DNA of 64,000 nt from Lingula anatina (taxonomy: Eukaryota; Animalia; Brachiopoda), in NCBI GenBank assembly GCA_051362555.1, contig CM120642.1, forward strand, positions 13,950,001 through 14,014,000, written 5' to 3'. Under the pieces are notes generated by a model. That model did no database searches and was not told where the DNA came from. It saw nothing but the letters and a program-made list of their open reading frames with translations. Made by a program: the position numbers and the translations under genes. Positions 37,483-49,960 of the stretch are shown piece after piece; positions within the stretch are counted from its first letter, which is position 1, and each line of letters starts with the position of its first letter.

Positions 37483-40400
37483 ATGGACCAAGTGGACAAG
37501 GGGTGGGCATGGATGTGTGTTTTAGGTACAGTGATATTACTTCCAGAGTAAAGTATCTTCGTGAAACTGTCATTTTGATATTCCCAACAAAAAGGAGCCG
37601 CTCAGAGCGAGCTAGTACGCACTTACTCATTCTGAACGATCCCTAAGTTTGCAATCTCATAAACGAAATGTTCACTTTATATTGAACTTGACCCATTAAC
37701 ACAAATGTATGTATATATGTGTTTTTTCCTTGGCCTGTCTAAAAAACAGTCCAAGTGCCCTGATATGTTATCGATGACTGTTTGTTTTCCTATTTACACC
37801 GTTGTCAATAGGCCCTCTATCATAGAGTCTATGTACAGAGTGCTCGATACATGTGCCCAATTTGATTGTTTTTAATTTTAAAATGGGTGCCTTCTTGTAA
37901 AAAAGTGAAAATCAGATAACAAAGAAATTAGAATCACATGAATGTGTTGATCTGGTCAGAAAATTACTATTACGTTCATTTTTTTTTTTTTCAGTTTTGT
38001 CCTTCCTTGTCTCAGTAATCTTTTTTTGAACTGAAGACATCATTTTCTACATATGCCCCTCTATATCGGATCACAATGTTTATTTATTAATATAACCACC
38101 TTTAATAGATTTATAAAAATGTTTCAAAGAACAACAAATTTAATAAGATAAAAGTGAATAAAATGAAATACATTAAATTACATACGCAAAAGAAAATTAA
38201 TTTGAATAATTTTAAAAGTAGTCCCATAAGCCTTTATTCCTCCACTTGTCTGTTCTGACATCTGGGACTATTGATTAAAAAGCTCAACTACAAGACCTGA
38301 TGGTTTTCTTGAGCATTGGCTATGATACATGTATATCGTGTTGCTCAGACACAAAATTAGATTAATAACAGAGGAGATGAGCCTTTTTAGCAGGATCCCT
38401 TTCACCACAGAGTGATTTTAATCATGAGCCAGTTAATATTTTAAAACCTTACGACAAAGTGAGTCAATGTTCATAGCCCCACAGAACAGCGATTTCACCA
38501 ATTTAAGGACAGTACAGAGAGTTTTGGAAATATCTAAAGCTTTTTTTTTTTAAATCTGACAGAGACCTGGCGAAAACATTCATAAACCTGGTGACAAGTT
38601 TGTTTTGTAGCTTGTCCAGCTAGTTCTTTCAGGTGTATCTGAGACGTACAAATTGAGTAATTCCATTGGTCATGGCCGGCGACACTAATGGTCGCCATGT
38701 ATAGGACTTAAAGCCTATTGGGTCTAATGGTGGATGACACACACCATACGACAGCACTTTATAACAACGGCTTTCCATCTATCTTATAGGGGAGACCGGG
38801 GCTAGTTGGACCCCGGGGTAAGTTGGCCCCCCGTCAATTTATGAAAAAGTAACTACGAGGTAAAAAATTAGGTCACATACTCTTGTAAAGTGACCGTAGC
38901 CTAAAATGCTAAGGAAGTATCGGACGTTAAAAAGTTTTACTTAAGCGGTGAGTCCAAATAAACGATTTTTGCACCTAAAAGTAATTTTGATTATCAGAAT
39001 TAAAATTCTGTTTTCAAAGGCTTTTGATCGAATATAATATATGTATAGGGCATCAAACTGAAGCTCATTGTTTCAAGTTTCACTGAGATATATCATCGTT
39101 GCTCATTCTAGCAACATAAATGGTTGCCATCCTTTAAAATAAAAAAGGTGCACCCGGGGCTAGTTGGCCCCCTAGACTCGGGGCAAGTTGGACCCTCATA
39201 TTACCCACAATCCTTTGCGCGCAACGCTGTTTGAAATAAACAAGTTGGTGAAATTGACAAAGCTTGCCGGTGTTTACCGTCTGATTGATTTCATTAAATT
39301 TGCTCTCTGGTGTCTTTTCAAAAATTTATATTAGAAATGTTCTGTTGATTGTATGTATTAAAAAGTAAATCCATTGAACTTTCCTTAGAAAAACATTTAT
39401 TTTGCCTTAATTCATTTTAAGGGGATTCCCTTTGTATTTATAGTGTTATATGTGGTCCCAAGGGGATTTTCCAACCCTCCCTAGCTAGAGATCATTGTTG
39501 AAACAAATTCAATGGTCTAAAACTGTATTTGTTACTTTCTTTTAAAACGAAAATTTATTATTCGTTTTCATTCATTAAAAACCTGCTTTATACCATTATT
39601 AATTTTTTCTTAATTAAAACAAAACAAATTTTATTGATAGATATTTTGGTTCTTGCAACACGTACCCCCCCCTACAACGTGACGTACGGAAACCTCAATA
39701 AATCTGCCTAATTTGAACTATTTATTCATCAAAGACTCTAAAAAATCAATTTAATAAATTAAAAATGTATAAAAATGTATTTCAAGGCGTTTACATGGGA
39801 TATATGCTTCATTTTTGTATAGGGGGGCCAACTTGCCCCGACCCTGGGGCCAACTTGCCCCGTGGCGGGGCAAGTTGGCCCCCTTGACGTCAACTGCGTC
39901 TTTTGTCAAATTGTGAGCCATCTGGCATTATATTTGAAAAATAATGACGTTGCATACGTAGCTTAGTTCATGGGGCTTACTTTGAAACCGATTTTGTTAC
40001 TCTAACCTATTCCTAGTTGGCTCTACAAGGCGAAAAGTGTCTAACTGGGCCAACTAGCCCCGGTCTCCCCTACGTAAAATTATTTAGACCAAATGTCATT
40101 TTTCCACGGCCTGGCACAATTGTCGCAAACATCGACTAAAACTTGAGGTCCTGGCACAGTTGTTGCAAAGACTGTGACATCGTTCGCATAGCCCAGGCTG
40201 TTATAAGTAGCGTCTCCAAATTCGACTCCCACGATAACATGTGAAAGGGTGTGAAATAAGTCATCTATTAAAACGTTTCTAAAAAGAACACAGGGGACAG
40301 AACACTTCTGTCTAGTCCGATGTGAAGTGCTGAAGGTTTCACTGAATGTTCCATTCCATCTGACAGTGGCTTTTAGAGGATCATTGAGCCTTTTTCAGAT

Positions 40401-43400
40401 ATGACCCATAAGTCTATAAGGTGTCCCTCGATATCGTTTCAAACCATTTCCATTTTCACGAGTGTAATTTTTGTTTGTAGATTTTGCTGAAAGAAGATTA
40501 AACGAATAAATATTGAAGACGGTTAACCACACGTAATGTGCCAAATATTCATAAATCGTCAGTAAAAAGCATAACTCTTCGTCCTTTCGGCACAATTTAT
40601 ACATTTTAACCAATAGGAAGGCCTATTGTCGGTAGTAAGGCTAGTTTGACCTTGGCGTTCTTCAGGGGTTCGGTTTGGTTGTATAAGAGTACTCACTTGC
40701 GCTCTACTAGCTTCACTGTGATAGTAACGCCAAGGTCACGAGAGAGTGGTCGTCAATTTGGCTGTTCCTATTGGCTGGCCAACTCGCCACGTTGATAGAA
40801 AAAAAAGAGTTCCAGTCTCAATGTTCGGATCATGGCATATTGGCAAGAAATATGAAGTTAACGGACCCATACGTAATTACTTTGGGACATTTGGATTTCA
40901 TAACACTCCCAATAATTTACACTCGCAAAAATGGAATAGCATGCTCATTTTTAAACGTATTTTCCGGTCAGACCTTAGGAATAAATGTGAGTCTGGCATG
41001 TCCTCATTATGTAATAAAACAATGCCATATTGAATCAAAACACTTCTCTGCACCCAGACGGCAGATGGCAAGTGCTCATTAGTAAAATCACACACATCGT
41101 CATTTATTCAGACAGGCATGTTTTCAGACAGGCATATTATCCATGTTCTTTGGGAATGTTCTTGGAACACCCTAACCAAACTGTATTACACATACTGATA
41201 GGGCTTTTATAGACCCGTTGCCAATGCGTAAAAACTGTTCAACATTTGTTCAGTAATCTGAATCTCAGGGTGATCCAGCTGGGATAACATTTCACTAATG
41301 ATTACACGATCTTTCAGGCTGCTTCATGATGCATGTATGTGTAATGGGCACCTTCAAATCTATAGGCGTTTTAATTGTTGAAATCCTGGCTGTATTCGAT
41401 GCCAACACCAGCATAGTTGCCTGGATACCGGCTATAATGGCGGGACTGGTCTGTGTTATCAGTAAGTGATCTTTTCACAAGCCAAGAACACCAACTATTT
41501 GCCTTCTACATCTATATCTTAAACATCTGGAAAAATACATTTTACCAAGAGAAAACTTTTGTATTCGTATTCATGTACAGTACAGTATATGTTTCCTTGA
41601 ACGTGACACTTGCCTTTTCCCTATGTTTATTATTGTTTACAAGTTGAAACCCAACGAAAAGAAAATCCCGAAATATAGTGTTACTTGAAGGATGAACATG
41701 AAATTAAAATAAAAAACCAATGAGCTGGTTGAATAATATATTTGATCTTAGTTAGAAATTATTGAAATCGCAGATATAACATTCTGTTGGAATTTTCCAT
41801 CATTATAGCAAGAGTGAAAATAATTAGGCATATTTTTTTCAGAATAGTGATATTAACTTTTATTCTTTAAGAAATTGTTAACACGTTTGGAAATATCTTA
41901 AAGTCACCTTTTTGTCTAAATATTTCTATTTTCTTGAGGTCCTTTGGCAAACGGATTAGCGGCACGTTTTGGTGGTCGTCCAGTAGTTATGACAGGCGGA
42001 GTGTTATACTCCCTCGGCTATATTCTTGGATTCTTCGCACAAACTGTGGAATACCTTTTTGGGGCATTTGCCCTTGTATCAGGTAAGGAAAACCTCTGGA
42101 CAAGTTTGTTTATGTCAATTAACCGGGTGATGTTTTTTTCATGAAGATGTTTCTGTTTTACTTTTGTTCTCACATTGTTTGTATTTCAACTCGTGCTTCA
42201 ATGTTTATTACGTCAATTATGCCTGCTCCAACCGCGTTTCAATCAACCGCGATCCGATTTTTTTTTTTTTTTTGGCTTTAAATTACGTACCCCAGATTAT
42301 GAGAGTTGCTTCACATCATTGCCAAAAAAAAAAAAAAAAAAAAAATACAAGAAGATGCAAAATTAAAAAATAATACTTGGGATTGTTTTGTGTTTGCCAT
42401 ATATTTTGTAGGTGTTGGGTTTGCACTCTCTTACGGACCAAGCATTCCAAAAAAGAATACAGGAAGAAGCAAGCTTTTTAGATAATATTTAGGATTGTTT
42501 TGTGTTTGCTATATGTTTTTGCAGGTGTTGGGTTTGCACTGTCTTACGGACCAAGCATTGGAGTGGTTGGACAGTGGTTTGAAAAACGCCGCGCACTTGC
42601 CAATGGAATCGCTGTGGCTGGGTCCAGTGTGGGTCAGTTTGTAATCCCACCTTTGGTCAGGTAAAGGTTCCTATCATTTCTCTGACTAGTGAATATATAT
42701 ATGTTAAGCATATCATTGCAGACCGGTTCACTCATTATTACATCCAAATTCAACAAATTGAGGATCCTTTCATATTCAGAATAAGGGAATCATAGCCACG
42801 ACAGGTGGTAATACTCATATTATAATAGAACAGCAACAATATTTGCCTCTTATTATTGCTTTGCAGATTTTTAATAGACGAATATTCATTCCGGGGAGCA
42901 TTCCTTATCCTTGGTGGACTGTCTCTACACATCACTGTAGCAGGAGCTTTGTACAGACCAATGAAACACGTGGACATAAAATATACGTCAAGTGATACCA
43001 GTAGCCATTCTGTTGAAAAGACCACTCAATGCGTTAAAAAGTTAAGCGATGAAATGTCCGATGAATTAAACTGTGGCACATACGAGAGGGGCATGGTGTT
43101 ACAACCCATGGCGAGCACTGAACAGCAAGATGAAACATCCCTTCGTGTTTGTGAAATGCGTGCATCTCACCCTGTTGATGACGTCATACATAACACGGGA
43201 AATTATGAGAATAGACCGCCATACTTGACACTTGAGCCTTGCAAGCCACTGACACAATCAAATTCTTCGGAAAAGAAAAAGAAAGTACCTATATTTGATT
43301 TCAGTTTATTGTTAGATTTCACATTTGTGCTGTTATTTTTTACCAACGTTTTCGGTCAGTTTAGTTATACTAATCAATTTATATTCATGCCAGCCGCTGC

Positions 43401-44381
43401 TAAAAGCATCGGGGTGGATGTCATGGCGTCAGCGATGTTGGTGTCCATCGCAGGAGGTAGCGATCTGATTGGTCGAATTGTTATTGGCGTCATCACAGAC
43501 TACCGCTTTATGGGAAGCTGTCAGATAATGGGGATAACTTTACTGGCCGGTGCTGCAGCCTCAATCGGGGGATCGTTTGCAACGACCTTTGCAGGTTTAA
43601 TTTGCAGCATTCAGTACATTAAGTTATAATAGACCACCTCTTGTATCAGTAAGTAAATAATTGCCTTCAACATTATCAGACTCATGTGGTGACACCTTTC
43701 CACAAATTATCTTATCAATCGTAAGTAATGAAAATAACATTGTGAGAACTTTATCTTATTATTTTAAAAGTGAAGAGCTACATTTTAAATTCAGGATTTG
43801 GCGTGTACGCATCACTGTATGGATTACTCGGGGGTGCATTTATTGCCCTGTATCCCGTGACAATGGCCGAAGTTCTTGGAGTGGGTAGGCTGAACCACGC
43901 CTTAGGCCTCGTCCTTCTTGGCACGATCGTTGGCTCTCTTGGCGGACCACCAACCATGGGTAAGGTGTTAAACTTCTGGCAAAGTCAAATATAAATTTGA
44001 AAAATGTTGCCTGTTGTTTTTTTTCATTGAATATACCGTGTTTAATTGAAATCCTTCATGTTTTAAATCTGTACATGCTATTATATTATAATATGTACTT
44101 GTACATGTATTATTATAATATAATAGCATGGGAACCGTTCAATATTTCGATTATCAATTGTTTTAATTGGAAAGAATATTCCTTTTTAGTGAAAGGCAAA
44201 CCATTTGAAAAATAAAGATTCAAATGTTTCAGGAATGGTTGCGGACACTGTAGGAAACTATGCCTGGATTTACCGTATATTTGGAGCTGCAATGTTCGTA
44301 GCTTCCTGTCTAGACTTTCTGTTGGTACGTACTTTGCACAAGCGAAAGAGTGTTGCCGCACATACCGGTTGTGTTAACTGA
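37483..44381 (+). CDS. Monocarboxylate transporter (SLC16/MFS family), about 502 aa
   Basis: Exons 37483-37525, 41318-41461, 41939-42082, 42525-42660, 42867-43594, 43795-43959 and 44233-44381 total 1509 nt in frame. SLC16 motifs DKGWAW, WFEKRRALANGIAVAGSSVG and DLIGRI. The start codon is uncertain. Confidence 0.88.
38789..40070. mobile_element. Non-autonomous Tc1/mariner-superfamily DNA transposon, 1282 bp
   Basis: TA|GGGGAGACCGGGGCTAGTTGG...CCAACTAGCCCCGGTCTCCCC|TA (perfect 21-bp TIR) with internal GGGGC(T/A)AGTTGG repeats and no ORF. Lies in MCT intron 1. Confidence 0.88.
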
Positions 44382-45668
44382 GATGATTCACATATGATTC
44401 AGTGGAAAATAAATCACGGTTAGATCCTTTTTCTTGAAATGCTTACAATCAAACACAGAGTACCGAAAAGACAATAAAGATAAGTTAAACTGTTATGTAA
44501 CAAAAATTAAACGATAATGAAATAGTGGGAGTTAAAACAATTCCCTTAATCGGTACATATAAAACCTGCTGTTGGATTTAAATGTTTTCCAAATGAGCAC
44601 TTCTTTTCGCTACTGTTTTTTTTTTAATTTATTATTTTTTTTCAATAGAGCATAGAAACTCTTACTATAATTTTGCGACATTGTAGTATAAACTAGTCAA
44701 TTTCACTCGTGACGGTAAAAATGAAATGGGTTTACAAATCATAATTTCCTCAACAACTTTTTATTGGAAGTAGGTCTACCTTTGTAATTAAGAATAATTT
44801 GTTGAAAATGTTGAAAGGATTTTTTCACTGTTTTATAATCTGTTCTGCTTTTACCTTAAAACGCTTCAACTCGACATCGTCTGGCACAGACACAAGATGT
44901 GTAACTCCATCGACAAGTTGTATAACCTAGTTTGAATAAAACAAATCTTGAAACAATATTGATGTTCTTCAGAGAATATGTCATTAACTGCGCTGTGTTC
45001 ATGAAAAAAAAAACACTCCATGATTCATGATCTGTAAATGAGACAGATGGCACTGCTTCCCCTCAAGACATATTCCAGTAACCTTCCAGCTTGTACGAAA
45101 GGTCAAGTGTTAAATAAAATGATACCTACTACCTAACCTGTGTTACTAATTTTGGCAGTGCACCTGAGAAATTTATTATGTTCAATTCATTTTCACAAAT
45201 GCATACAAGTGGCAACAAAATTATCATATTTTTCTTTTTCTTTTCTTTTTTCTTTTTTGTGAACATTGATATTATATTCTTTCAAAACCAGCATGCATGA
45301 ATAAATACATATAATACCTTTTCCGTTCTTCACAAGTTTTGTCCTCAAAACTTACATAAATAAAAACACAGTAAAATGCTTTAGATGCATATAACTGAAT
45401 TTAGGCATATATTTCCCAAACAGTTGAAACAGAACTATTTGACATGTTTTGCTCATGCGCAATTATTAGAGGCTTAGTGTCGGCGTAATGTCGGGAGTTT
45501 GGTGAACACAACTCTGGTTCAAGAATCAAGGTCACATAGGGCACCCTACATACACATACCGCATATATGATACAGGTAAATAAAATAGGTCAAGTTTGTC
45601 CGTTTTAACAACCTGTACACAAGTTAACGAGCGTTATCCGTAACTTCTTTTATATATTACCACATACA

Positions 45669-47998
45669 ATGTCGGCCTTTTCTGAGCGCATGAATCAGAT
45701 TAAGAAGGAGGCATTTGTGGCTATGGGTATTTCTGTAGGGATACGACTGCGCCTATTCGACGCCATGGCGGAGATGGACCGGCCGGTCACAGCGACAGAA
45801 TTGGCGACGAAAACGACATGTAAAGAGAGGTATGACAAGGCACATTTGTCGAAGCACCTAATAGGGGCCCATTCATAATCCGAGTTATTTTAGTGTTACA
45901 CGTGCCTCACCTTCCCGTTAAACTATAAGCGTGTTTAATTTTTCAGTCAACTGTTTAATATTAGAAGTAGCCTATTGTTCAGTCATAGGTACAAATGAAC
46001 TTTTGGGTTTGTTGATGTTCCTGTCGTACCTCCCATACGTCTTATAACCTACCACTACGTAGCTTATTTATTTATTTATTTTTATTTGAGATATATTCAA
46101 CAGTGGTTAGGTTTCATGGCGTGCAGCGATATAATAAATTTGGAAGAAGATGAATCGGGAGAAGAAAAATTTTCCATTCCAAGCGACCGATTGCCTCACC
46201 TCTCTACTGACACTGGAGATACTAACGCGATGTGGATGTACGGGCTGCCTATCCTCACTGGTGTCCAGTGCCAACTGGAGAGCTGCTTCCAAAAGGAGGG
46301 GCCAAACGGTTAGCTTGATCAAGGAGTTGTGTTTCATATCAGAATAACTTTGTTCCCAGTGTGTGTGTGGCAAATTGCTATAACGAGGGAGGGAAGGTCG
46401 GTGAACTTGCTGATTAATATTTTAAATGATCTACACGGTCGATGAATGGAGAATTGGAATAAGCGGGTTGGGTGATTAGCATGATTAAAACTTCTTTGCT
46501 TATTATTATTAATTACAATGAAACAAACCCGCTTAAAAGAGAGAGGGAGGGGGAGGGAGATGTCATATAGATTAAATGTTGAAAATGTATGTAGAGTATG
46601 CAGCTGGAAAGTTATTTCGAGGTTAAAATGTACTGTGTGTTAAGCTGAACGTTGATGGCAAACTAAAGTGAAGTCACGTTTATTTCTTCTGCAGTATTTT
46701 CGATGCATATTGACATATTGGTATATTTTATTTATCGTCCCCTGCCTTGCAGCCCATTGGCAAAACAAAACAAATATTAGCAATTATCAGAATAATCGTG
46801 TGGGCATGTTTGCCTAAGGGACCGAGTTTTAATTTCTGAGTCGGCTAAGATATGTGATGATGTGGCAGTAGCTATGCAAATTTCAAATAGGTCACAGAGT
46901 GAGAGAAAATAGAAAGAAATCGATATATGAAAAATGTATTGATTTGCAGGACGATGTTTACTCTATTCTTTTGTCATTGTTCATGCAGTTGTTGTATTTC
47001 ATCAACAGGCATACCACACGAATCATATGGCGGATTTAACGAGTTCCTCGACCTATATGGCAGATATGGATATGCTGAAAAGCTGATAGAAAATACTCTG
47101 ATGGAGGTGCCTGATGTAGCAAAACAATTAGGTAGACCTTTGAAAACTCATGATATGCGCAGTGATAAATGTGTAAATGAATAATTAATACCTTGAGGAA
47201 TTCAGTTTTTTATTTTTTAAATTTGAATGAACTTGAATTCCATACGTCTTAGGCTGTTCAATGACCACTTGCCTACGATCATAATTTAATATTCTAAGAG
47301 ATTAAACACTACATTGATCTCAGGAAGTTTATTTAAGACGAACCATTGTAATGGGAAAAGTTTTAAGCAAATGTTTTAACACAAATTCATTTTAACAATG
47401 TTTAAAATGTGTTTTAACATTTAAAAATGTGTTAAAACAAATTTTATTTTCAGAACAGGGTATATTGATGTGTGAAATTGGATGCGGCACGGGGTTTCTA
47501 CTCCAGACGATGGCTAAGAAATACCCCAGGAGTCAATTTCTTGGCCTTGACATTGCAGCCCGTGCCATTGATTCCGCCAACAAGGAAGCCAGAGAAAATG
47601 GGATAAAAAATGTGCAGTTTGAAGTCCATGACGCGCAGCAGCTCCCCTCTGACTGGACAGAAAAGTATGATTACGTTTTCCTGACAGATGTCATCCATGA
47701 CGTGCCCAATCCGAAAAAAGTTTTGCAAGAAATAAAGCGCGTCTTGAAACCTGCTGGCACTGCTTCAATTCAAGATTTTCCATTACGCCGCAGAGTTGCA
47801 GATAATCTCAAGTCCCCTAGTGCCAACACTGGTTATTTAGTTGGTATGTTCTACTGTATCCCCGCCTGTATGAACTTCGGCGGACCCGGGTATGGACCTG
47901 CGTGGGGAGTAGAGAATTGGGTTGAAGTTATGAAAGACGTGGGTTTTAACGTAAAACTCTGTATGGAGAACAGTGCTCACTTCGTATGCTCTAAGTGA
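45669..47998 (+). CDS. SAM-dependent methyltransferase, Rv2258c-like (N-terminal winged helix + class I MTase), 348 aa
   Basis: Exons 45669-45829, 46091-46308, 47009-47131 and 47454-47998 total 1047 nt. Motifs TATELA...KERYIQQWL, CEIGCGTG, FLGLDI, DVIHDVPNP and KRVLKPAG. Confidence 0.9.
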
Positions 47999-48251
47999 AT
48001 GAATATTTCACTGAGAAAGACATTTTTAACATTTAACTTCCAATGTCAATGTGATTTCATTATTGTGTGCTGTAGCCTATTTGTACACCAACGAGCTTAA
48101 TTTCTTGCTTCCTACGCTGAATTTATTCACGATTGGGATAAGATCCTCTGCCCTGTCTCAGATTTTAAAATATTTCAAAGGAAAGCCTTCGAAATTTCGA
48201 AAATATGTCCTGGGGTACAAAAGTTGGATCGAGAAATCGGATAAGCCCAAG

Positions 48252-48590
48252 TAGTGTCAACACTGGTTATTTAGTGAGTATGTTCTACTACATCCTCGCC
48301 TGTATGGACTACCTGCGTTACCCTCTACCATGGCGACAGATCGATTTTCACGATATTCACAGATATGTCTTTAGATAAAGAGACAGACATTTGATTCTCT
48401 GCGCGTCCAGATTTAATTGTTTCCATCGGCCAAAAGTCACAGGGTGGCTTTTTGAAATTTGCCTTTAATTTCTGCCTCCCTGGTAGAAGGTAGACCTGCG
48501 TGGGGAGTAGAGAATTGGGTTGAAGTTATGAAAGACGTGGGTTTTAACGTAAAACTCTGTGTGGAGAACAGTGCTCACTTCGTATGCTCA
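48252..48590 (+). pseudogene. Tandem duplicate of the methyltransferase 3' coding end, interrupted by a MITE
   Basis: Copy of about 47819-47990 (AACACTGGTTATTTAGT...GCTCACTTCGTATGCTC) with a small deletion and a 174-bp insertion. Confidence 0.85.
48319..48492 (+). mobile_element. 174-bp MITE with 9-bp TSD (Mutator-like)
   Basis: TIR TACCCTCTACCATGGCGACAGA / TCTGCCTCCCTGGTAGAAGGTA, flanked by (T/G)ACCTGCGT. The empty site is visible in the parent gene at about 47895. Confidence 0.8.
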
Positions 48591-49960
48591 CTATGCTTCT
48601 TATATTGAAATGTTCGTAAGGAGAGACTAAGGAAGTTCGAAAATATGTTTCGAGGTACGAAAATTGGACTGAAAACTTATGCTTGTACTAGGGGTACTAG
48701 GTCCAAAATCATATGTTGAATTAATTACACAATGTTATATAATGTGTATGTGAGTTTTTCATTTTCCTACTATTTACAGTTTTCTTGGAAAACACTCGTA
48801 AACAATTATCGTTCATCAGTGTATATTAATTATCTACATATTAAAGCCAGGAAATGCGAATAAAGCAGCGCAATTTACGAAAAAACTGAAGTCTGCATCC
48901 GCTTTAAGAGTGTTAATCAAGTAGGTTAAACGTGAGATTTGCCAGAACAGCGCCTAACATCTCTCCGCAATGACGATGGGCATTTTTGTGAAGTATTGGT
49001 TTTTGTTGTCATGTCTTCCATGGGCCTGTGACTTACATGGGTTTTCAGCCGCTCCAGGTAAGAGATAAAACTTTTCCACTTGCATTTTCAGTTCTTTATA
49101 AGTATCGAATTTAATAAAATTGTAGGAATTAAAAACCGTAGGTGTTAGCCAAATCTTGAAATTGACCTAATTTTCCTGTAGAAACAAAGCGCTGATGCAA
49201 GAACGCACTACGCCTTCTTCATACTCAAAGTTGACTGCTTTACGTATGATAGTGTTTTCTTTTACGCATTTTTGACTACCTACGAAAACGATCTGGGGTC
49301 CTTTATTTCTTATTCGACAAGACGCACGAAAAAAAAAAAACTTAACAAAACAATTAGCCGAGTGTTATTTTTAATTGTCTTTTCGTATTGTACTTCATCA
49401 TTGTTGAACAAAATGTTAAGGTAGTAGAGAGCATTTCGTAATGCGAATGTGGACTCGGTGACAGAACAGAGGAAATTGTGTGAAGATCGAGCTATGTAGC
49501 ACTCGTAAAATGGTTAAAAGGGGCCTATATGATAGTTAATACCCACGTAAAAGTGTACGTGACATTATACAGATGGTTTCAGAGCGCGTTCTATGTTTAG
49601 CGATTTCAAACTAGGTCCTTTATATATTTCACGTCTTAAGTATAAGTGTTACTTTAATTTTACATAAAAAAGATTGCGATATTTTTCTTGGAGTTATGCA
49701 GGTTATTTTTTTTAAACATTGGCACTTTCAGTGTGTTACTTGGAAGTCACATGGGACAGAAACTCTGTGAATGTCCGTAGTAACAATACGTTTTAAATAT
49801 TTTGTACACACCACAAAGAAAAAAAAAAATGTTACTTAACAATCTCAAACTACCACGAGTTATTCTTATGACTTAAACATTTCTTTCAATAATTTTGGCC
49901 ATGTATTTCAGTAGAAGATTGGAGCTAGGTGTCAAGGCCTAAAACTGGTATTATATTGTC

